Positions 1-11,400 of a stretch of DNA of 64,000 nucleotides are shown piece by piece. Made by a program: the position numbers and the translations under genes. The stretch comes from Auanema rhodensis (Eukaryota > Animalia > Nematoda): contig OZ059894.1 in NCBI GenBank assembly GCA_964057225.1, positions 3,038,001-3,102,000 on the forward strand. Direction: 5' to 3'. The notes beneath the pieces are model-generated. The model saw nothing but the letters and a program-made list of their open reading frames with translations. It was not told where the DNA came from and did not search any database. Each line of letters starts with the position of its first letter. The first letter of the stretch is position 1.

Positions 1-27
1 GCTGAAAAATGCACCGAGATATCAACT

Positions 28-49
28 GATATAAGTTCACACTTATATC
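28..49. repeat. Perfect 9-bp inverted repeat (in most monomers)
   Basis: GATATAAGT (28-36) - TCAC - ACTTATATC (41-49). Confidence 0.9.
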
Positions 50-126
50 CTCGATTTTCACCCTGAAGAATTAATTTTTTCGTTGAATAACATTGTCCAT
101 CGTCTTTGCCTTGAAAAAAAGAATCT

Positions 127-192
127 AAAAACATCTACTTTTTGCTAAATTATTTTGAAATTTTTCGAAAAAATTTTTGTCAAAATGTTTTT
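127..192. repeat. AT-rich quasi-palindrome centred on TTTTTCGAAAAA (in most monomers)
   Basis: Perfect 12-bp palindrome at 161-172, flanked by ATTTTGA (152-158)/TCAAAAT (180-186) and AAAAACAT (127-134)/ATGTTTTT (185-192). Confidence 0.85.
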
Positions 193-199
193 GGAAGCA

Positions 200-227
200 A
201 TGTTGAGTGTACATGGAAACTCAACAT
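200..227. repeat. Perfect 9-bp inverted repeat with 10-nt spacer (in nearly all monomers)
   Basis: ATGTTGAGT (200-208) - GTACATGGAA - ACTCAACAT (219-227). Confidence 0.9.
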
Positions 228-301
228 ACACTAATGCATCATTTTTCAAACAATCATAACTAATTATTGTATTAAGCGTTTTTCAATGTAGTATAGTGCA
301 T

Positions 302-328
302 TCGATGCGGATTTTTAAGCTGCGTCGA
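302..328 (+). repeat. Imperfect 9-bp inverted repeat whose two mismatches are G-T wobbles on the + strand
   Basis: TCGATGCGG (302-310) - 9-nt loop - CTGCGTCGA (320-328). Confidence 0.75.
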
Positions 329-3300
329 TCTGTGTTATCCGATTTGCGCTAGCTGAAAAATGCACCGAGATATCAACTGATATAAGTTCACACTTATATC
401 CTCGATTTTCACCCTGAAGAATTAATTTTTTCGTTGAATAACATTGTCCATCGTCTTTGCTTTGAAGAAAGGAATCTAAAAACATCTACTTTTTGCTAAA
501 TTTTTCTGAAATTTTTCGAAAAAATTTTTGTCAAAATGTTTTTGGAAGCAATGTTGAGTGTACATGGAAACTCAACATACACTAATGCATCATTTTTCAA
601 ACGATCATAACTAATTTTTGTATTAAGCGTTTTTCAATGTAGTATAGTGCATTCGATGCGGATTTTCAAGCTGCGTCGATCTGTGTTATCAGATTTGCGC
701 TAGCTTAAAAATGCACCGATATATCAACTGATAAATGTTCACACTTATATCCTCGATTTTCACCCTGAAGAATTAATTTTTTCGATGAATAACATTGTCC
801 ATCGTCTTTGCCTTGAAAAAAGGAATCTAAAAACATCTACTTTTCGCTAAATTATTTTGAAATTTTTCGAAAAAATTTTTGTCAAAATGTTTTTGGAAGC
901 AATGTTGAGTGTACATGGAAACTCAACATACACTAATGCATCATTTTTCAAACAATCATAACTAATTATTGTATTAAGCGTTTTTCAATGTAGTATAGTG
1001 CATTCGATGCGGATTTTTAAGCTGCGTCGATCTGTGTTATCCGATTTGCGCTAGCTGAAAAATGCACCGAGATATCAACTGATATAAGTTCACACTTATA
1101 TCCTCGATTTTCACCCTGAAGAATTAATTTTTTCGTTGAATAACATTGTCCATCGTCTTTGCCTTGAAAAAAAGAATCTAAAAACATCTACTTTTTGCTA
1201 AATTATTTTGAAATTTTTCGAAAAAATTTTTGTCAAAATGTTTTTGGAAGCAATGTTGAGTGTACATGGAAACTCAACATACACTAATGCATCATTTTTC
1301 AAACGATCATAACTAATTTTTGTATTAAGCGTTTTTCAATGTAGTATAGTGCATTCGATGCGGATTTTCAAGCTGCGTCGATCTGTGTTATCAGATTTGC
1401 GCTAGCTTAAAAATGCACCGAGATATCAACTGATATAAGTTCACACTTATATCCTCGATTTTCACCCTGAAGAATTAATTTTTTCGTTGAATAACAATGT
1501 CCATCGTCTTTGCCTTGCAAAAAGAAATCTAAAAACATCTACTTTTTGCTAAATTATTTTGAAATTTTTCGAAAAAATTTTTGTCAAAATGTTTTTGGAA
1601 GCAATGTTGAGTGTACATGGAAACTCAACATACACTAATGCATCATTTTTCAAACGATCATAACTAATTTTTGTATAAAGCGTTTCCCAATGTAGTATAG
1701 TGCATTCGATGCGGATTTTTAAGCTGCATCGATCTGTGTTATCAGATTTGCGCTAGCTTAAAAATGCACCGAGATATCAACTGATATAAGTTCACACTTA
1801 TATCCTCGATTTTCACCCTGAAGAAATAATTTTTTCGTTGAATAACATTGTCCATCGTCTTTGCTTTGAAGAAAGGAATCTAAAAACATCTACTTTTTGC
1901 TAAATTTTTCTGAAATTTTTCGAAAAAATTTTTGTCAAAATGTTTTTGGAAGCAATGTTGAGTGTACATGGAAACTCAACATACACTAATGCATCATTTT
2001 TCAAACGATCATAACTAATTTTTGTATTAAGCGTTTTTCAATGTAGTATAGTGCATTCGATGCGGATTTTCAAGCTGCGTCGATCTGTGTTATCAGATTT
2101 GCGCTAGCTTAAAAATGCACCGATATATCAACTGATAAATGTTCACACTTATATCCTCGATTTTCACCCTGAAGAATTAATTTTTTCGATGAATAACATT
2201 GTCCATCGTCTTTGCCTTGAAAAAAGGAATCTAAAAACATCTACTTTTCGCTAAATTATTTTGAAATTTTTCGAAAAAATTTTTGTCAAAATGTTTTTGG
2301 AAGCAATGTTGAGTGTACATGGAAACTCAACATACACTAATGCATCATTTTTCAAACAATCATAACTAATTATTGTATTAAGCGTTTTTCAATGTAGTAT
2401 AGTGCATTCGATGCGGATTTTTAAGCTGCGTCGATCTGTGTTATCCGATTTGCGCTAGCTGAAAAATGCACCGAGATATCAACTGATATAAGTTCACACT
2501 TATATCCTCGATTTTCACCCTGAAGAATTAATTTTTTCGTTGAATAACATTGTCCATCGTCTTTGCCTTGAAAAAAAGAATCTAAAAACATCTACTTTTT
2601 GCTAAATTATTTTGAAATTTTTCGAAAAAATTTTTGTCAAAATGTTTTTGGAAGCAATGTTGAGTGTACATGGAAACTCAACATACACTAATGCATCATT
2701 TTTCAAACGATCATAACTAATTTTTGTATTAAGCGTTTTTCAATGTAGTATAGTGCATTCGATGCGGATTTTTAAGCTGCGTCGATCTGTGTTATCAGAT
2801 TTGCGCTAGCTTAAAAATGCACCGAGATATCAACTGATATAAGTTCACACTTATATCCTCGATTTTCACCCTGAAGAATTAATTTTTTCGTTGAATAACA
2901 TTGTCCATCGTCTTTGCCTTGAAAAAAGGAATCTAAAAACATCTACTTTTCGCTAAATTATCTTGAAATTTTTCGATAAAATTTTTGTCAAAATGTTTTT
3001 GGAAGCAAAGTTGAGTGTACATGGAAACTCAACATACACTAATGCATCATTTTTCAAACGATCATAACTAATTTTTGTATTAAGCGTTTTTCAATGTAGT
3101 ATAGTGCATTCGATGCGGATTTTTAAGCTGCGTCGATCTGTGTTATCAGATTTGCGCTAGCTTAAAAATGCACCGAGATATCAACTGATATAAGTTCACA
3201 CTTATATCCTCGATTTTCACCCTGAAGAATTAATTTTTTCGTTGAATAACATTGTCCATCGTCTTTGCCTTGAAAAAAGGAATCTAAAAACATCTACTTT

Positions 3301-6300
3301 TCGCTAAATTATCTTGAAATTTTTCGAAAAAATTTTTGTCAAAATGTTTTTGGAAGCAATGTTGAGTGTACATGGAAACTCAACATACACTAATGCATCA
3401 TTTTTCAAACGATCATAACTAATTTTTGTATTAAGCGTTTTTCAATGTAGTATAGTGCATTCGATGCGGATTTTTAAGCTGCGTCGATCTGTGTTATCAG
3501 ATTTGCGCTAGCTTAAAAATGCACCGAGATATCAACTGATATAAGTTCACACTTATATCCTCGATTTTCACCCTGAAGAATTAATTTTTTCGTTGAATAA
3601 CATTGTCCATCGTCTTTGCCTTGAAAAAAGGAATCTAAAAACATCTACTTTTCGCTAAATTATTTTGAAATTTTTCGAAAAAATTTTTGTCAAAATGTTT
3701 TTGGAAGCAATGTTGAGTGTACATGGAAACTCAACATACACTAATGCATCATTTTTCAAACGATCATAACTAATTTTTGTATTAAGCGTTTTTCAATGTA
3801 GTATAGTGCATTGGATGCGGATTTTCAAGCTGCGTCGATCTGTGTTATCAGATTTGCGCTAGCTTAAAAATGCATCGATATATCAACTGATATAAGTTCA
3901 CACTTATATCCTCGATTTTCACCCTGAAGAATTAATTTTTTCGTTGAATAACATTGTCCATCGTCTTTGCTCTGAAAAAAGGAATCTAAAAACATCTACT
4001 TTTCGCTAAATTATTTTGAAATTTTTCGAAAAAATTTTTGTCAAAATGTTTTTGGAAGCAATGTTGAGTGTACATGGAAACTCAACATACACTAATGCAT
4101 CATTTTTCAAACAATCAAAACTAATTATTGTATTAAGCGTTTTTCAATGTAGTATAGTGCATTCGATGCGGATTTTTAAGCTGCGTCGATCTGTGTTATC
4201 CGATTTGCGCTAGCTGAAAAATGCACCGAGATATCAACTGATATAAGTTCACACTTATATCCTCGATTTTCACCCTGAAGAATTAATTTTTTCGTTGAAT
4301 AACATTGTCCATCGTCTTTGCCTTGAAAAAAAGAATCTAAAAACATCTACTTTTTGCTAAATTATTTTGAAATTTTTCGAAAAAATTTTTGTCAAAATGT
4401 TTTTGGAAGCAATGTTGAGTGTACATGGAAACTCAACATACACTAATGCATCATTTTTCAAACGATCATAACTAATTTTTGTATTAAGCGTTTTTCAATG
4501 TAGTATAGTGCATTCGATGCGGATTTTCAAGCTGCGTCGATCTGTGTTATCAGATTTGCGCTAGCTTAAAAATGCACCGATATATCAACTGATAAATGTT
4601 CACACTTATATCCTCGATTTTCACCCTGAAGAATTAATTTTTTCGATGAATAACATTGTCCATCGTCTTTGCCTTGAAAAAAAGAATCTAAAAACATCTA
4701 CTTTTTGCTAAATTATTTTGAAATTTTTCGAAAAAATTTTTGTCAAAATGTTTTTGGAAGCAATGTTGAGTGTACATGGAAACTCAACATACACTAATGC
4801 ATCATTTTTCAAACAATCATAACTAATTATTGTATTAAGCGTTTTTCAATGTAGTATAGTGCATTCGATGCGGATTTTTAAGCTGCGTCGATCTGTGTTA
4901 TCCGATTTGCGCTAGCTGAAAAATGCACCGAGATATCAACTGATATAAGTTCACACTTATATCCTCGATTTTCACCCTGAAGAATTAATTTTTTCGTTGA
5001 ATAACATTGTCCATCGTCTTTGCCTTGAAAAAAAGAATCTAAAAACATCTACTTTTTGCTAAATTATTTTGAAATTTTTCGAAAAAATTTTTGTCAAAAT
5101 GTTTTTGGAAGCAATGTTGAGTGTACATGGAAACTCAACATACACTAATGCATCATTTTTCAAACGATCATAACTAATTTTTGTATTAAGCGTTTTTCAA
5201 TGTAGTATAGTGCATTCGATGCGGATTTTCAAGCTGCGTCGATCTGTGTTATCAGATTTGCGCTAGCTTAAAAATGCACCGAGATATCAACTGATATAAG
5301 TTCACACTTATATCCTCGATTTTCACCCTGAAGAATTAATTTTTTCGTTGAATAACAATGTCCATCGTCTTTGCCTTGCAAAAAGAAATCTAAAAACATC
5401 TACTTTTTGCTAAATTATTTTGAAATTTTTCGAAAAAATTTTTGTCAAAATGTTTTTGGAAGCAATGTTGAGTGTACATGGAAACTCAACATACACTAAT
5501 GCATCATTTTTCAAACGATCATAACTAATTTTTGTATAAAGCGTTTTTCAATGTAGTATAGTGCATTCGATGCGGATTTTCAAGCTGCGTCGATCTGTGT
5601 TATCAGATTTGCGCTAGCTTAAAAATGCACCGAGATATCAACTGATATAAGTTCACACTTATATCCTCGATTTTCACCCTGAAGAATTAATTTTTTCGTT
5701 GAATAACATTGTCCATCGTCTTTGCCTTGAAAAAAGGAATCTAAAAACATCTACTTTTCGCTAAATTATTTTGAAATTTTTCGAAAAAATTTTTGTCAAA
5801 ATGTTTTTGGAAGCAATGTTGAGTGTACATGGAAACTCAACATACACTAATGCATCATTTTTCAAACGATCATAACTAATTTTTGTATTAAGCGTTTCTC
5901 AATGTAGTATAGTGCATTCGATGCGGATTTTCAAGCTGCGTCGATCTGTGTTATCAGATTTGCGCTAGCTTAAAAATGCACCGAGATATCAACTGATATA
6001 AGTTTACACTTATATCCTCGATTTTCACCCCGAAGAATTAATTTTTTCGTTGAATAACATTGTCCATCGTCTTTGCCTTGAAAAAAGAAATCTAAAAACA
6101 TCTACTTTTCGCTAAATTATTTTGAAATTTTTCGAAAAAATTTTTGTCAAAATGTTTTTGGAAGCAATGTTGAGTGTACATGGAAACTCAACATACACTA
6201 ATGCATCATTTTTCAAACGATCATAACTAATTTTTGTATTAAGCGTTTTTCAATGTAGTATAGTGCATTCGATGCGGATTTTTAAGCTGCGTCGATCTGT

Positions 6301-6318
6301 GTTATCAGATTTGCGCTA

Positions 6319-8424
6319 GCTTAAAAATGCACCGAGATATCAACTGATATAAGTTCACACATATATCCTCGATTTTCACCCTGAAGAATTAATTTTTTCG
6401 ATGAATAACATTGTCCAACGTCTTTGCCTTGAAAAAAGGAATCTAAAAACATCTACTTTTCGCTAAATTATTTTGAAATTTTTCGAAAAAATTTTTGTCA
6501 AAATGTTTTTGGAAGCAATGTTGAGTGTACATGGAAACTCAACATACACTAATGCATCATTTTTCAAACGATCATAACTAATTTTTGTATTAAGCGTTTT
6601 TCAATGTAGTATAGTGCATTCGATGCGGATTTTCGAGCTGCGTCGATCTGTGTTATCAGATTTGCGCTAGCTTAAAAATGCACCGAGATATCAACTGATA
6701 TAAGTTCACACTTATATCCTCGATTTTCACCCTGAAGAATTAATTTTTTCGTTGAATAACATTGTCCATCGTCTTTGCCTTGAAAAAAAGAATCTAAAAA
6801 CATCTACTTTTTGCTAAATTATTTTGAAATTTTTCGAAAAAATTTTTGTCAAAATGTTTTTGGAAGCAATGTTGAGTGTACATGGAAACTCAACATACAC
6901 TAATGCATCATTTTTCAAACGATCATAACTAATTTTTGTATAAAGCGTTTTTCAATGTAGTATAGTGCATTCGATGCGGATTTTCAAGCTGCGTCGATCT
7001 GTGTTATCAGATTTGCGCTAGCTTAAAAATGCACCGAGATATCAACTGATATAAGTTCACACTTATATCCTCGATTTTCACCCTGAAGAATTAATTTTTT
7101 CGTTGAATAACATTGTCCATCGTCTTTGCCTTGAAATAAGGAATCTAAAAACATCTACTTTTCGCTAAATTATTTTGAAATTTTTCGAAAAAATTTTTGT
7201 CAAAATGTTTTTGGAAGCAATGTTGAGTGTACATGGAAACTCAACATACACTAATGCATCATTTTTCAAACGATCATAACTAATTTTTGTATTAAGCGTT
7301 TTTCAATGTAGTATAGTGCATTCGATGCGGATTTTTAAGCTGCGTCGATCTGTGTTATCAGATTTGCGCTAGCTTAAAAATGCACCGAGATATCAACTGA
7401 TATAAGTTCACACATATATCCTCGATTTTCACCCTGAAGAATTAATTTTTTCGATGAATAACATTGTCCAACGTCTTTGCCTTGAAAAAAGGAATCTAAA
7501 AACATCTACTTTTCGCTAAATTATTTTGAAATTTTTCGAAAAAATTTTTGTCAAAATGTTTTTGGAAGCAATGTTGAGTGTACATGGAAACTCAACATAC
7601 ACTAATGCATCATTTTTCAAACGATCATAACTAATTTTTGTATTAAGCGTTTTTCAATGTAGTATAGTGCATTCGATGCGGATTTTCGAGCTGCGTCGAT
7701 CTGTGTTATCAGATTTGCGCTAGCTTAAAAATGCACCGAGATATCAACTGATATAAGTTCACACTTATATCCTCGATTTTCACCCTGAAGAATTAATTTT
7801 TTCGTTGAATAACATTGTCCATCGTCTTTGCCTTGAAAAAAAGAATCTAAAAACATCTACTTTTTGCTAAATTATTTTGAAATTTTTCGAAAAAATTTTT
7901 GTCAAAATGTTTTTGGAAGCAATGTTGAGTGTACATGGAAACTCAACATACACTAATGCATCATTTTTCAAACGATCATAACTAATTTTTGTATAAAGCG
8001 TTTTTCAATGTAGTATAGTGCATTCGATGCGGATTTTCAAGCTGCGTCGATCTGTGTTATCAGATTTGCGCTAGCTTAAAAATGCACCGAGATATCAACT
8101 GATATAAGTTCACACTTATATCCTCGATTTTCACCCTGAAGAATTAATTTTTTCGTTGAATAACATTGTCCATCGTCTTTGCCTTGAAATAAGGAATCTA
8201 AAAACATCTACTTTTCGCTAAATTATTTTGAAATTTTTCGAAAAAATTTTTGTCAAAATGTTTTTGGAAGCAATGTTGAGTGTACATGGAAACTCAACAT
8301 ACACTAATGCATCATTTTTCAAACGATCATAACTAATTTTTGTATTAAGCGTTTCTCAATGTAGTATAGTGCATTCGATGCGGATTTTCAAGCTGCGTCG
8401 ATCTGTGTTATCAGATTTGCGCTA
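6319..8424. repeat. Local 3-monomer (1053-bp) tandem duplication within the array
   Basis: Private variants GTCCAACG (about 6414 and 7467), TTTCGAGCTG (about 6631 and 7684) and GAAATAAGG (about 7133 and 8186) all recur at +1053. Confidence 0.85.
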
Positions 8425-11400
8425 GCTTAAAAATGCACCGAGATATCAACTGATATAAGTTTACACTTATATCCTCGATTTTCACCCCGAAGAATTAATT
8501 TTTTCGTTGAATAACATTGTCCATCGTCTTTGCCTTGAAAAAAGAAATCTAAAAACATCTACTTTTCGCTAAATTATTTTGAAATTTTTCGAAAAAATTT
8601 TTGTCAAAATGTTTTTGGAAGCAATGTTGAGTGTACATGGAAACTCAACATACACTAATGCATCATTTTTCAAACGATCATAACTAATTTTTGTATTAAG
8701 CGTTTTTCAATGTAGTATAGTGCATTCGATGCGGATTTTTAAGCTGCGTCGATCTGTGTTATCAGATTTGCGCTAGCTTAAAAATGCACCGAGATATCAA
8801 CTGATATAAGTTCACACATATATCCTCGATTTTCACCCTGAAGAATTAATTTTTTCGATGAATAACATTGTCCAACGTCTTTGCCTTGAAAAAAGGAATC
8901 TAAAAACATCTACTTTTCGCTAAATTATTTTGAAATTTTTCGAAAAAATTTTTGTCAAAATGTTTTTGGAAGCAATGTTGAGTGTACATGGAAACTCAAC
9001 ATACACTAATGCATCATTTTTCAAACGATCATAACTAATTTTTGTATTAAGCGTTTTTCAATGTAGTATAGTGCATTCGATGCGGATTTTCGAGCTGCGT
9101 CGATCTGTGTTATCAGATTTGCGCTAGCTTAAAAATGCACCGAGATATCAACTGATATAAGTTCACACTTATATCCTCGATTTTCACCCTGAAGAATTAA
9201 TTTTTTCGATGAATAACATTGTCCATCGTCTTTGCCTTGAAAAAAGGAATCTAAAAACATCTACTTTTCGCTAAATTATTTTGAAATTTTTCGAAAAAAT
9301 TTTTGTCAAAATGTTTTTGGAAGCAATGTTGAGTGTACATGGAAACTCAACATACACTAATGCATCATTTTTCAAACAATCATAACTAATTTTTGTATTA
9401 AGCGTTTTTCAATGTAGTATAGTGCATTCGATGCGGATTTTTAAGCTGCGTCGATCTGTGTTATCCGATTTGCGCTAGCTGAAAAATGCACCGAGATATC
9501 AACTGATATAAGTTCACACTTATATCCTCGATTTTCACCCTGAAGAATTAATTTTTTCGTTGAATAACATTGTCCATCGTCTTTGCCTTGAAAAAAAGAA
9601 TCTAAAAACATCTACTTTTTGCTAAATTATTTTGAAATTTTTCGAAAAAATTTTTGTCAAAATGTTTTTGGAAGCAATGTTGAGTGTACATGGAAACTCA
9701 ACATACACTAATGCATCATTTTTCAAACGATCATAACTAATTTTTGTATTGAGCGTTTTTCAATGTAGTATAGTGCATTCGATGCGGATTTTTAAGCTGC
9801 GTCGAGCTGTGTTATCAGATTTGCGCTAGCTTAAAAATGCACCGAGATATCAACTGATATAAGTTCACACATATATCCTCGATTTTCACCCTGAAGAATT
9901 AATTTTTTCGTTGAATAACATTGTCCATCGTCTTTGCCTTGAAAAAAGGAATCTAAAAACATCTACTTTTCGCTAAATTATCTTGAAATTTTTTGAAAAA
10001 ATTTTTGTCAAAATGTTTTTGGAAGCAATGTTGAGTGTACATGGAAACTCAACATACACTAATGCATCATTTTTCAAACGATCATAACTAATTTTTGTAT
10101 TAAGCGTTTCTCAATGTAGTATAGTGCATTCGATGCGAATTTTTAAGCTGCGTCGATCTGTGTTATCAGATTTGCGCTAGCTTAAAAATGCACCGAGATA
10201 TCAACTGATATAAGTTCACACTTATATCCTCGATTTTCACCCTGAAGAATTAATTTTTTCGTTGAATAACATTGTCCATCGTCTTTGCCTTGAAAAAAAG
10301 AATCTAAAAACATCTACTTTTTGCTAAATTATTTTGAAATTTTTCGAAAAAATTTTTGTCAAAATGTTTTTGGAAGCAATGTTGAGTGTACATGGAAACT
10401 CAACATACACTAATGCATCATTTTTCAAACAATCATAACTAATTTTTGTATTAAGCGTTTTTCAATGTAGTATAGTGCATTCGATGCGGATTTTTAAGCT
10501 GCGTCGATCTGTGTTATCCGATTTGCGCTAGCTGAAAAATGCACCGAGATATCAACTGATATAAGTTCACACTTATATCCTCGATTTTCACCCTGAAGAA
10601 TTAATTTTTTCGTTGAATAACATTGTCCATCGTCTTTGCCTTGAAAAAAAGAATCTAAAAACATCTACTTTTTGCTAAATTATTTTGAAATTTTTCGAAA
10701 AAATTTTTGTCAAAATGTTTTTGGAAGCAATGTTGAGTGTACATGGAAACTCAACATACACTAATGCATCATTTTTCAAACGATCATAACTAATTTTTGT
10801 ATTGAGCGTTTTTCAATGTAGTATAGTGCATTCGATGCGGATTTTTAAGCTGCGTCGAGCTGTGTTATCAGATTTGCGCTAGCTTAAAAATGCACCGAGA
10901 TATCAACTGATATAAGTTCACACATATATCCTCGATTTTCACCCTGAAGAATTAATTTTTTCGTTGAATAACATTGTCCATCGTCTTTGCCTTGAAAAAA
11001 GGAATCTAAAAACATCTACTTTTCGCTAAATTATCTTGAAATTTTTTGAAAAAATTTTTGTCAAAATGTTTTTGGAAGCAATGTTGAGTGTACATGGAAA
11101 CTCAACATACACTAATGCATCATTTTTCAAACGATCATAACTAATTTTTGTATTAAGCGTTTCTCAATGTAGTATAGTGCATTCGATGCGAATTTTTAAG
11201 CTGCGTCGATCTGTGTTATCAGATTTGCGCTAGCTTAAAAATGCACCGAGATATCAACTGATATAAGTTCACACATATATCCTCGATTTTCACCCTGAAG
11301 AATTAATTTTTTCGTTGAATAACATTGTCCATCGTCTTTGCCTTGAAAAAAGGAATCTAAAAACATCTACTTTTCGCTAAATTATCTTGAAATTTTTTGA

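Larger units (their letters stand above)
1..351. repeat. Reference monomer (arbitrary phase) of the 351-bp satellite
   Basis: First full period, about 109/351 G+C. Recurrent polymorphic monomer positions are 4, 43, 83, 110/116, 120-121, 143, 155, 179, 252, 274, 316, 329 and 340. Confidence 0.98.

Noticed and set aside
78-95. CENP-B box-like TTTCGTTGAA
   Set aside because: Matches only the TTCG....A half; the essential CGGG is absent.
63-227. Hammerhead ribozyme / retrozyme: CTGAAGA (63-69; CTGATGA variant at 53061) plus GAAAC (216-220), in a unit of retrozyme-like size
   Set aside because: I could not build helix II between CUGANGA and any downstream GAAA. The would-be helix III partner ATGTTGAGT is followed by G rather than H. 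No CUGANGA box on the minus strand. A cmscan or RNAMotif search would settle it.
1-351. Coding tandem repeat (351 = 117 codons), tandem 5S/tRNA/snRNA/SL gene unit, or internal 2 x 175 dimer
   Set aside because: No ORF spans a full unit. I recognise no RNA-gene motif. The two halves of the monomer show no alignable similarity by eye.
328-352. Helitron 3' end (hairpin followed by CTAG)
   Set aside because: The hairpin is only about 5 bp and is broken by common alleles. CTAG is not followed by T or by a TC start. Evidence is insufficient.
340-355. Apparent compensatory covariation C340/G4 versus A340/T4
   Set aside because: Neighbouring bases do not form a helix in that register, and recombinants (TCCGA..GCTTA at about 36844, 57901, 59655) exist. 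Simple linkage of sites 15 bp apart explains it.
4016-4213. 65-aa + strand ORF
   Set aside because: It starts at TTG and exists only because a private T>A at 4118 (CATAA to CAAAA) removes a TAA present in the other units. No recognisable domain.
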